A stretch of 64,000 nucleotides of DNA from Eledone cirrhosa (Eukaryota). The stretch lies in assembly GCA_964016885.1 (NCBI GenBank), contig OZ024748.1, positions 29,264,001 to 29,328,000 on the forward strand, read 5' to 3'. The notes under the pieces were generated by a model that saw only the letters and a list, made by a program, of their open reading frames with translations, ran no database searches and was not told the origin of the DNA. How positions within the stretch are numbered: the stretch's first letter is position 1; each line of letters begins with the position of its first letter. The translations under genes and the position numbers were made by a program. Below are positions 38,196 through 51,637 of this stretch, one piece after another.

Positions 38196-38250
<55 letters not shown>

Positions 38251-38263
38251 ACATATATACATA

Positions 38264-38301
<38 letters not shown>

Positions 38302-38419
38302 CATATATATACATACATATATATATATACATACATATATATACATATATACATACATATATATATACATATATATATATACATATATATATACATATAT
38401 ATCAAAAAAAATCAACAAG

Positions 38420-40460
38420 CTGAAATACTGTCAGCAGCAACACATCAACTTGACTGCCATTTCATCACTAGAGATTAAAAAACATAACCTCCAAAACAAC
38501 ATAATGTCCCTCATCAACAATCAGAGAAGAGCTGAAGAGGCCTGGGCCATTGAGAAGATCAAACTCAATCCCAAAGTGTTCTTTTCATTTGCAAAAAAAC
38601 ACAAAATCACTGGCTCTACTGTTGGCCCTCTAATTGATGAAAATGGCACTCTTCAAGACAATGCTAAAACCATGGGTGAGATACTGCAGAAACAATACTG
38701 CTCTGTTTTCAGCAATCCTGATATGGCCGATCTGGGCTGTATCGGCGATGTTACTCCCCATTACACCTTATCGGACATAACGTTTGGCGCCCCTGATGTC
38801 TTGGCGGCAATAAAGGAAATCAAGCATAATTCAGCAGTAGGTCCCGATAGGTTCCCTGCTTGTGTCTTGAAGGCGTGTCAACACCAACTTGCTTCTCCTC
38901 TTGCCAATCTGTGGCGGAACTCACTGGATGCTGGATATGTGCCAGAAAACCTTCTATCCCAGTCTGTTGTCCCAGTTTTCAAAAAGGGAAACAAATCCCT
39001 TGCCGTGAATTACCGTCCAATCTCACTCACCTCTCATATCATTAAGGTATTTGAGCGAGTGGTGAGATCGCGAATGACCCACTTCCTTGAGAGTAACAAT
39101 ATGCTGAACTCCAACCAGCATGGATTCCGTAATGGAAGGGATTGCCTGACGCAACTACTGCATCACTTTGATGACATTTTGAGAGCCTTGGGAGAGGGTT
39201 CCAACACTGATGTTATCTACCTTGATTTCAGCAAGGCCTTTGACAGGGTTGATCATAACATTCTACTGAGAAAGCTGTCCAATATTGGTGTCACTGGAAA
39301 GCTGCTGCAGTGGATCAAGAGCTTCCTGTCAAACAGAACCCAACATGTTGTAGTTGAGGGAGTCAAATCAAGCCCAGCCAAAGTCAGTAGTGGAGTCCCA
39401 CAAGGCACTGTGTTGGGCCCACTTCTCTTCATCATCTATATTAATGACATCACTGACATCATCAAACACAGCAACATTAAAATTTTCGCTGATGATTCCA
39501 AGCTCCAAAAGGTCATCAATGGCGTGGATGACCGGATAAGCCTTCAGTCAGACCTACTGGCTGTTACCCAATGGGCAGAAAAGAACAACATGTTACTGAA
39601 CGAAGACAAATTCGAACTGATCCACTTTGGAAAAGAGGATGCTCTGAAACTCCCGTACTCCCTTCCCTCCGGGGAAACTCTCGTGGCATCTAACAACATC
39701 AGAGACTTGGGAGTAACCGTGGACAGCAACATAAGCTGGACCACGCATATAAGCAGCAAAGTTGACATGGCCCGCAGAATGTGTTCCTGGATCCTCAGAA
39801 CCTTCCAGTCGAGAGATTCCCGCACCATTATCCTTCTCTTCTCTACTTTCGCCCGACCACACCTTGAATACTGTTGTCCACTGTGGTCTCCCCACACGAA
39901 ACAAAGTATCATGAAACTTGAAGCTCCTCAAAGGGCAATCACGAAAAAGATAGATGGCATGTCAGACCTTGACTACTGGGGTCGATTGGAAAACCTGAAA
40001 CTTTACTCACTCCAACGTCGCCGTGAGCGTTATATTATCTGCATGATGTGGAAAATGTTCCATCATCACTGCCCAAATGATGTTGGCATCGCCTTCAAGA
40101 TACACCCAAGGCTTGGGCCCCGTGCTATCCGTCCCATTCAAAAATCTAAATCGCAACTCATAACAACAATACGGCACAATTATTTCACCTCAATCGGCCC
40201 TGCTCTCTTCAACATCACACCAGGACACGTCAAAACAGAAACTGACCACACAAAATTCAAGAAGTCTTTGGACAAATTCCTCCAAGTAATCCCGGACAAA
40301 CCACCCACACCCGGATATGTCTCCGCAAACAGTAATTCTCTTCTCGAATGGGCCATGGTGCCCAAATCCTGAATTGAAAGACTTCGCCAGGTGGTGCTAT
40401 TAAGTTAGACATGGCCTGGGCCAATACTGGCCAAAACATTTCAAAGTTATTCAAAGTTAT
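38420..40460 (+). mobile_element. 5'-truncated CR1-group LINE with uninterrupted RT frame (38450-40372)
   Basis: [50 protein letters not shown]; (TTCAAAGTTA)2 tail; no endonuclease domain present. Confidence 0.9.
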
Positions 40461-40601
40461 ATATCATCATCATATATATATTATATATATATATATATAT
40501 ATTATATATATTTTATATATATATATATTTTATATATATATATATTTTATATATATATATATTATATATATATATATAATATATATTATATATATATATA
40601 T

Positions 40602-40940
40602 GTCGGTGAGCATGTCCAGCTAACCTCAGTCTCCTCTGTGTCACTTTTGAGCTGACTTTTGGGATGCTCCCATACAGCTCTGAATTTTTCATCCTCAGTG
40701 TATACTGATTAATGTTCAGAGCCATCCTCAGCAATCTTGTTGTCATTGCACTCAGTGCTCCTTTGGGAGCCCCTACATGGACACGCTAGAAGAGGAAGAC
40801 CAAGGTTAACGTATGTTGATGCCCTAAGGACAGACACTGGTCTGTTGGAGACGCAGGACATGGCAGCGATAATGAGGGACAGAGACCGCTGGAGAGAACT
40901 CGTCCATGGATCTCGGGAATTTTACCCGCCTTAGATAGAT
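40602..40940. mobile_element. Short RTE/RTEX-like LINE 3' end with 5' inversion
   Basis: Minus 40602-40740 encodes LRMALNI..RRLRLAGHAHRH; plus 40741-40934 encodes LHSVLLWEP.HG.RRGRP..RDRWR; (TAGA)n tail. Confidence 0.8.
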
Positions 40941-41005
40941 ATATATATATATTATATATATAATATATTATATATATATATATTATATATATATATTTAT
41001 ATATA

Positions 41006-41044
<39 letters not shown>

Positions 41045-41138
41045 ATATATATTATATATATATATATATTATATATACATATATTATATATATATATATA
41101 TTATATATATAGTTATGTAATAAACAACATAAGGCAAT

Positions 41139-41201
41139 TATTCCATTTACCAGTGGTTTCTTAAAAGCAAAAAATTTTGCTTTCAATCATCAGAATGAAT
41201 A
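41139..41201 (-). ncRNA. Type I hammerhead ribozyme (3' pLTR)
   Basis: TATTCATT CTGATGA ttgaaagcaaaa-tt-ttttgcttttaa GAAA CC act GG TA AATGGAATA; GUA cleavage triplet. Confidence 0.85.
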
Positions 41202-41835
41202 AATCCTGGTGTATTTATTGATATTGGATTCTAAAAACAAAAATGCAATCTATATGAAAGTGAGGCTGGAGAAGGAAGAAGGAAAGGAAAAATAAAATAA
41301 AAACACACACGCACACACAATTATATACATACACATATATATATATATATACATACACACATACATACACACATACATATACACATACATACATACACAC
41401 ATAAATATCAACATATCCATACATACACATACATATATACAATCACACATATATATATATATATGCATACACATACATAGTTATACACACATACATACAC
41501 ACAATCATACGTAGATACACACATACATACATATACATACACACATATATACATGCATACATATGCATGCACAAAAATAGAAAAATATACACACCTCTAC
41601 ATATTCACACGCAAATAAATATAAGAAAAAATATATATAAAAATAAAAGACAAAAAAGAAAATAAAGATTATTATAAAGTTGACAGCGATACAGGCAACA
41701 AATAAATGAACAAACACACAAATGCACATACACATACATACGTAAAAATAAATACATACACACTCTCACACATAAATATACATATACAAATACATAAACA
41801 CATACATACGCATACACAAATACATACACACACAC

Positions 41836-41876
<41 letters not shown>

Positions 41877-42723
41877 TATATAAATACACACACATACATA
41901 CATAGCTATACAATTATACACATACAAATACGTACATATCACAAACACGCACAACCAAATACAAACACACACACATATATATATATGTGTAAAACTCATT
42001 CTTAGATAATTCATATGAACCTTATTTAACTCTAAAATATACATATATATATATATATAGACATACACATATATACCTACACACACATATATACATACAC
42101 ATACGTATGCAGACGTACACACACATATACATATATAACTCAATATATATATATATATGAGAAAGAACATAAATATAAAATAAATATTTTATATATAAAA
42201 AATTTGGAATACGACAAATAATAAATAAAAAAATATATATATATTTAGAAAAGGGTATAAATGCCCATAGCAGACCTAGAGCACTCAACAAGTTCATGGA
42301 GCAAAAGATCAATAAAAATAATCATCAAATCACTATATGTAATGATGCACATACATACATATATACATATACACACACACTCATAAATATATATACATAC
42401 ACACAAACACACATACAAATACATATATATACATATATATATATTTACACACACACATAGGAAGAAGCCTGACCCTACGGCAGAGCTCAAGCCTTTTCTG
42501 AGGCTATTATGTAAGAACACACAAAACCATTATATAAAAATTAATATCTAAAAATAAAAAAAATTTTTGGTATGTGAAAGGTAAGGCAAAAAAATAGGGG
42601 GGAAAAATTACATAGAAAAAGGTTTAAATATAAGGGGAGATAAGGGAGAAAGAGAATACAAGAGTACAGAACGGATTCAGCAGGTAAAAAAACCGTAGTA
42701 GGAGTAAAGAGCAGAGAAGGAGT

Positions 42724-44819
42724 TCAAGGTGGTTGAGTTATCATAGGAATGTCAATCCAGTTACAGATCAGATGTGATTTCAGATGAGGACAACATCTGA
42801 AGATCTCGGTCTTTGAGTTCAGGCAAGCAGATGTGGCTTTCAAGTTTAGCAAAATCCTATATTTTTCTGTGGTACACAAAGAACAATTCTTTGTGCCCCT
42901 TTGGTACTCCCTCGAATGGTCTAAAATAGACCAATCAATAGAGTACGGGATGTTTTTATCCTTGAATTCCCACACCTTACTTGCGAGGGCCATTGTTGTT
43001 CGTTTATCGGAGTGCTTAAAAGAAGCGACATGTGCATAAAACCTGGTTTTAAACCTGTCCTGGGTCATGCCGACATATCGCTCACTCCTGGCTGGCTGGT
43101 TGTTGATTAAAGGTGTTACTTTAGCCTCATAAACAACAGATTTGGTGTTACATTTGCCCTGCAATGGGCATTCATCCGGCTTCCTGCAACTGCATCCTGG
43201 ATTTGTTCTTGTATGATTTGAATTAGTGATCTTGGACTTCATAGGTGGGCAACAAGAGTAACTGATCTTAACTACATTCCTATTAAATATCTTATAATAT
43301 CTATGATTAGGAGGAAAATGTTTATCTAAGAGTTCAAGGAATTTCCTTCCTACATTAGTTTTGACAGAGAGAAGGGGGTGTAAACCAAATAATTTTCCTT
43401 TTCCTGTTATTGTGGTTAGTTTTAGGGGGGGGAGTAGGTAAATAATAAATTTGTTCTGTGAACCGCTGTTCTTAAGGGCTTTATTATAATAAGGGGCGGC
43501 TTTATTAAAAATATCTATAGACGAAGATAAGGTAGAAATCCTACGGCTAATGTTGGGAATAAGATTATTAAAAACTATAGGGGGATGGCAAGACTGTATA
43601 TACCTAAGATTTTCGTTAGGTTTATGATAAGGTTTAAAAGAGGCAGTAAGTAGATCAAAATTAATATCAAGAAAGTTAGCATTGGTAAGGTTCGTATCTA
43701 TAGTGATTTTAAGGTTAAGATTAGCAAAAGTGTTGATTAAATCTTTACGGAATTTATCAAGGTTATGGCCATTGGTGGTATGAGAAACTGCCAATCCGTC
43801 ATCACGGTATAAACCGATATTATGGGAAGGAAATTTCTCTTTGAGGGTGTGGAGAAGGAATAATCCTACTAAGTCACACACATCCACACTGTCATATGAA
43901 CCCATTGCAACATCAAAAGAGTTTTCAGGGTTTGACTTTTTAACCCAAATATTTTCATTAGTAAAGAGTAAAGTTTTTCTAGCATGAAAGATAATGTCTT
44001 CTTCTAATTTAGAAATATTAATGAAGGGTCTTGCAAACTCTAAGGCATTAGTTAATAAGGAAACAGTAATAGAGTGGTAAAAATCAACAATATCAAATTG
44101 GGTAAATCTACACTTATTTTTACCTTGTATATTATTAAACCAAGAAATAACAGAGGAAGTATTTAGCCACTGTGATAGATCAGTCTTAGTTCTAATTTGG
44201 AGAATTATTTTTCTTAAGATTTTTTTATTTGCAAGGCCAACTTCGGATTAGGTCGATTAGTAAAGTCTAATTTATGGTTTTTAAGGGTAATATATGCTTT
44301 ACGCTTAGCTAGGCTTTCAATCCGGTTGTCTATTTTTAAAGAACTAGTTAGTTCTTTAGCTTCTTTATTAATAGTATTGTAGGTATTATTATTAGTTAAT
44401 TGATATTTGTTGGTGATACTATTAGTTAAAAGTTGGTTATACAAAGTACTATTAACTTCAAAGAGATTTTTAGTTTTATCAGAAAGAACAAAGGTGTTTG
44501 TAGAATTTTTAAAATTAGAAATATCGTTAGACAGTTTAGTTTGAAAGTTATTATTGTACTTACGAAATTTGATATCACTAATTAAATTAACAAGGTCTAA
44601 TTCGAAGTTGGCCATGTCTTTAATTCTAGGTGGATATTTATGGGATTTTATGTCAAAACAATCATTAGTATCACCACTGAATAGTCCATCATAAACCATT
44701 GCCTTCTATCTCATTCTTTTAACGACTTGTTCGATTTTATCTATAAGCATTTTGGTATAAGTAGTGTTGGAAGGAGTAGGTATATTTTTGATTGAATAAT
44801 CCAATTCATAAAGCTCCAT
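42724..44819 (-). pseudogene. Penelope-like RT + GIY-YIG ORF, full length but with a stop and frameshifts
   Basis: MELYELDYSIKNIP..KRMR*KA, QFDIVDFY, MGSYD, GLYRDDGL, CSC..CPL.GKC, YVGMT, CSLC..EK, CPH. Confidence 0.9.
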
Positions 44820-45031
44820 GGTGTATGTTGGTTAAATTCCTGAAAACTGTAGAGTGCTCAACTAATCGGGCTGGAAAGTGCCAATCGTATATGTAATATA
44901 GAATATGCTTCAATCAATCCCGGTTGGAGCTGTATAAATGAAGTAATTCCGTCGGAAAAGTCCAGGAAAAAAAAAGTGCTCTATGTAGGTAACAGAGCTT
45001 AATAGTTATGTAATAAACAACATAAGGCAAT

Positions 45032-45092
45032 TATTCCATTTACCAGTGGTTTCTTAAAAGCAAAAAATTTTGCTTTCAATCATCAGAATGAA
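45032..45092 (-). ncRNA. Type I hammerhead ribozyme (5' pLTR copy)
   Basis: Same core and stems as 41139-41201. Confidence 0.85.
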
Positions 45093-45845
45093 AAAACCCT
45101 GGTGTATTTATTGATATTGGATTCTAAAAACAAAAATGCAATCTATATGAAAGTGAGGCTGGAGAAAGAAGAAGGAAAGGAAAAATAAAATAAAAACACA
45201 CACGCACACACAGACAATTATATACATACACACATATATATATATACATACACACACACATATACACATATATATGTGTACATATATACACATACATATA
45301 CACATACATACATACACACATAAATATCAACATATCCATACATACACATACATATATACAACCACACACATATATATACATATATATATAGAAATAGAAA
45401 TATATATATATGTGCATACACATACACATACATAGCCATACACACATACATATACATACATACATACATACACACAATCATACGTATATACACACGTACA
45501 TACATACACATACATACACACATATACATATGCATGCACAAAAATAGAAAAATATACACACACCTCTACATATTCACACACGCAAATAAATATAAGAAAA
45601 AATATATATAAAAATAAAAGACATAAAAAGAAAATAAAGATTATTATAAAGTTGACAGCGATACAGGCAACAAATAAATGAACAAACACACGTGGTAAGC
45701 AATACACACAAATGCATGTACACATACATACGTAAAAATAAATACATACACACACTCTCACACATAAATATACATATACAAATACATAAACACATACATA
45801 CGCATACACAAATACATACACACACATATACATATATACACACAC

Positions 45846-45896
<51 letters not shown>

Positions 45897-46141
45897 CACA
45901 CACATACATACATAGCCATACAATTATACACATACAAATACGTACATATCACAAACACGCACAACCAAATACAAACACACATATATATATATATGTGTGT
46001 AAAACTCATTCTTAGATAATTCATATGAACCTTATTTAACTCTAAAATATACATATATATATATATATGCAAAAGTTCTATTTAAATTGTTGGGATACAA
46101 CAAGTAAATATTTTTATAACTGATATAAAGCACTCAACAAG

Positions 46142-46456
46142 TATTTATAAAACCATATCTATTTCATTATACATATTTCAAGGATACCAAGTTAAATTAT
46201 GGTATGCCTTCATCAGACAAAATACAATATATATCAGTTTTACAAATAAGCATTGACGTACCCTTTCAAAATGCGACCATTACTTTTGGAGGACTATCCT
46301 GATGTCCTCCAAAAGTAATGGTCGCATTTTGAAAGGGTACGTCAATGCTTATTTGTAAAACTGATATATATTGTATTTTGTCTGATGAAGGCATACCATA
46401 ATTTAACTTGGTATCCTTGAAATATGTATAATGAAATAGATATGGTTTTATAAATA
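46142..46456. repeat. Perfect palindrome, 153-bp arms, 9-nt loop
   Basis: 46142-46294 is the reverse complement of 46304-46456; loop tatcctgat. Confidence 0.95.
46374..46438 (+). ncRNA. Hammerhead ribozyme in palindrome arm (mirror copy on minus at 46160-46224)
   Basis: TATTTTGT CTGATGA aggcatacca..tggtatcctt GAAA TATGTA TA ATGAAATA. Confidence 0.7.
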
Positions 46457-46549
46457 TAGTTTCCATTTGTTAATATCGTATATATATATATATATGTAGG
46501 AGGTGAGTTTAATAAAATACATGGAACTCATTTAACCATCTTTTGATCT

Positions 46550-46591
<42 letters not shown>

Positions 46592-47035
46592 TCATACACA
46601 TACATACACACACATACTTACTAACATCCACATATATACCTACACACACACATATACATACACATACATATGCATACGTACACACACACACACACATATA
46701 CATATATAACTCATATATATATATATATGAGAAAGAACAAATATTATAAAATAAATATTTTATATATAAAAAATTTGGAATTCGACAAATAATAAATAAA
46801 AAAATATATATATTTAGAAAAGGGTATAAATGCCCATAGCAGACCTAGAGCACTCAACAAGTTCATGGAGCAAAAGATCAATAAAAATAATCATCAAATC
46901 ACTATATGTAATGTTGCACATACATACACCCTTATACATATATACATATACACACACACACACACACATAAATATATATACATACACACACAAAAAAAAA
47001 CCAACCACAGAAATACAAACACACATACAAATACG

Positions 47036-47083
<48 letters not shown>

Positions 47084-47540
47084 TAGGAAGAAGCCTGACC
47101 CTACGCCAGAGCTGAAGCCTTTTCTCAGGTACCAGTAATGCACTGGGTAATTGCTGGCCTTGTGCCTAAAGTAGAAACAATTATATAAGAACACACAAGA
47201 CCATTATATAAAAATTAATATCTAAAAATAAAAAAAATTTTGGTATGTGAATAGTAAGGCAAACAAATAGGGGGGGGGGGGGGGGGGGCGAGGAAAAATG
47301 ACATAGAAAAAGGTTTAAATATAAGGGGAGATAAGGGAGAAAGAGAATACAAGTGTTCAGAACGTGGATTCAGCAGGTAAAAAAACCGTAGTAGAAGTAA
47401 AGAGCAGGAAAGGAGTTCATAAACCACTGGTAAATGTAATAATTGCCTTATGTTGTTTATTACATAACTATTAAGCTCTGTTACCTACATAGAGCACTCT
47501 TTTTTTTCTGAACTTTTCCGACGGAATTACTTCACATATA

Positions 47541-47585
<45 letters not shown>

Positions 47586-47587
47586 AT

Positions 47588-47653
<66 letters not shown>

Positions 47654-47719
47654 TATATAAAATATTAAAAAAATAATGAATAAAACAATGAAACAGTTCC
47701 TTATATTAAACAAAAAAAG

Positions 47720-47873
47720 TTCATTATTTAACGATCGTTTCTAGGATATATATGTGTTAGAATTGGCATGCATATTCAACAGATCTATGTACAAAATTAT
47801 ACAAAATTATACAAACTATCAAGATTAAATATACATACCAACACATATATATGCCGTCTTCAGAAATAATGAA
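47720..47873 (-). ncRNA. Hammerhead ribozyme with 115-nt stem II
   Basis: Mirror copy of 55729-55882. Confidence 0.8.
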
Positions 47874-48568
47874 ATATATTTATTGATAATAACAACAATT
47901 CAAAATTACAGGTCTGTTTGGGAACAGAGTTCAAATTGACCAATGAAAATACAAAAAGTTTATACAGTTAGGTGTGTGTATATATGTAATTAACTTCGTT
48001 CACTGATATGCATAAAGATATATGTTCACATGCATACGCATGCCAAAAAGATGTATGTAAATACAAAAATTCAAGGCTAATGTCTCTGTATGTCCATAAT
48101 CTACAGATAAAACACGCATACACATATAAATATAAAAACAAATATACACACACATTCATATACTCACACATATACGTACATTCACACACACACGCGCGTA
48201 TACGCATAAACATACACACAACCACGAACATACATACACACACACACCCCCACATACATATATATGTGTATATAGTATTATCATAAGCATATGGACATTA
48301 ATGCGCGCACATAAACACTGCCACACATATTTAGATCCAGATACAGAAATTAGGTGGGGGGGGGGGGAAGAGGTCAGTATTCACCGGTGTCAACAGACTG
48401 CCTATTTATAAATGTATCTATAAATTTAGAAATAAAAAGAAAAGAAAAAGAAAAAAGAAATATATCAAGAAAATATATATATATATATATACATACACAC
48501 ACATACATATACACATACATATACATATATAAACAAGTAAAATATAAAATATATATCGATATACATAC

Positions 48569-48607
<39 letters not shown>

Positions 48608-48776
48608 TATATATATACATATATATACATACACATACATACACATATACATAAACACATACATACACATACATATACATACACACACCATATAAATACG
48701 CATACACATACACACATATATATATATATATATACACACATACACGCATACATATATATATATATATACATTCACA

Positions 48777-48875
<99 letters not shown>

Positions 48876-48948
48876 CATACACATTTCTACACACATATAT
48901 ACACACACTCATGTATATACACACATACACATACATACCCACATATAA

Positions 48949-48981
<33 letters not shown>

Positions 48982-49438
48982 TATATATACACACACATAC
49001 ATACACACACGTACACATACACATATATAAGGATATATATACACACACACACACATATAATAAATATATATATATACATATATATATACACATATATATA
49101 TATATATATACATATATATACACACACACATATATATACCCACATATATACTCACGCACACATACACACATACAAATACGCATATATACACACATACATA
49201 CACATCCATGTATGCGTATATACATACAAACACCACCACACGCTCACACAACTCAGACATACATAAACAAAGGGATATACATACACATATATACATATAT
49301 AAATAGAGATACATATACACATATAAATATATACACACGTACACACGCAAACACACATACATACATATACATACACACATACATATATATACACACACAT
49401 ACACACATACACATACATACATATATATATATATATAT

Positions 49439-49489
<51 letters not shown>

Positions 49490-49711
49490 CATACATACAT
49501 ATACACACATACATACATATATATAAAAAATAAAGAAATAAAATAAATAAATAAATAAATAAATTAATACACACAGTCAGACAAATATGCACACACATAC
49601 ACATACATATACATATACATACACATACACACACATATATATACACATATATATATATATATATATATACACATACATACATATATATATACACACATAC
49701 ACACATCAACT

Positions 49712-49764
<53 letters not shown>

Positions 49765-50107
49765 CATACACATATACATATACATATATATATATATATA
49801 CACACACTCACATATACATGCGCACATACATATATATATATACATACACACATATATATATATATATACATACATACATATACATAGACATATACATATA
49901 CATATATATATAAAAAAATAAATAAATAAAATAAATAAATAAATAAATTAATTAATACACACAGTCAGACAAATATGCACACACATACACATACATATAT
50001 ATATACATACACATACACATACATATATACACACATATATATATATATATATACACATACATACATATATATATACACATACACACATCAACTACAAATA
50101 TATATAT

Positions 50108-50184
<77 letters not shown>

Positions 50185-51058
50185 TACATACATATATATA
50201 TATATACACACACTCACATATACATGCGCACATACGTACATATATACACATACACACATATACACATAGACATATACATGTGCATACATATACATACACA
50301 CATATACCCACATAAATACATAGATACATATATATATACACATATATATACACACACACACATATACACACACATAAATATATATATATATATATACACA
50401 CGATCATACACCCTTATTTACATGCACACATATGTATTTTTATACTCACATACAAACACCCAAACATACATACCTACCTACATATACATACATACATCCA
50501 CGCTTACAAATACAAATAATAATAGTAGGGGGGGGGGGATTATAGTAAATATAGGTTTCAAGAAACATAGAATATTAATCTGCATTTAGATCATAATATG
50601 CGTTTACATAGTAGTTTCAGTATTAGGAAATGTAAGAAAGAAGGCAAAATTATGCATTTCAATATAAGTATACCATTAATTATAGGTTAACTAAATTAAA
50701 GATAGTTAATATATTGATTTCTAAGGTGTATACTACTTAGGTTTATAATATTTGAAGCGGAATTTTGAAGTTAAATAGTAGTAGAGTATTAATTATAGTA
50801 TAACTAAATTAAAATTATTAACATTATGGTATCAATATTAGGAAATGAATTTAGTAATAGGGAAAAAAACAAATAAAGTATTACATCGGTAGTAGAATAT
50901 AAATTATAGGTTAACTAATTTAAAATTTATATATTAATTTCTATAGTATATGTTAATTAGGTTTATAATAATTAAAACAGATATTGTATTTTATCCATAG
51001 TAGAATATAATTATAGGTAAACAGAAATTAAAATTAATACATACACATATACATATAC

Positions 51059-51155
<97 letters not shown>

Positions 51156-51637
51156 CATACACATACATATACATATTTTTTCAAAAATTGCAAAGAATAT
51201 ATTAACTAGGTATACATCCAAAACCTATCTCAGTCTATGATTACATGACACTCTGCAATCCATCTGTATTAGGATATTAATTTTAAGCCAATTAAATTAA
51301 ATGTTTAGGTTAACCAAATTTAAAACCAAATTATAAATATATTTCTAAAATGTACATTAATTAGGTCTATAATACTAAAAATTATTTCTCTGTCATTAAA
51401 TACACGATATTTTGTTATATTTTATCTGTAAAGGAATTTTAATAAAAGGTTAAATAAATTAAAATTAATTTATAAATTAATTTACGAAGTATATATTAGT
51501 AATATTTAAAAGTTATTCGCAATTTATGATTACACAATATTTTATAATCTCATCTGTAGCAGAATTTTAATTAAATTAAATTTATAGGTTAACTAACATT
51601 TAAATTAAAATATATATTAATTTCTAAAATAATGTTA

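Larger units (their letters stand above)
41112..47534 (-). mobile_element. Penelope-like element 1 with direct pseudo-LTRs and inverted 5' extension
   Basis: 41112-42723 repeated at ~45005-47420; 47421-47534 is the reverse complement of 44939-45052. Confidence 0.9.
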
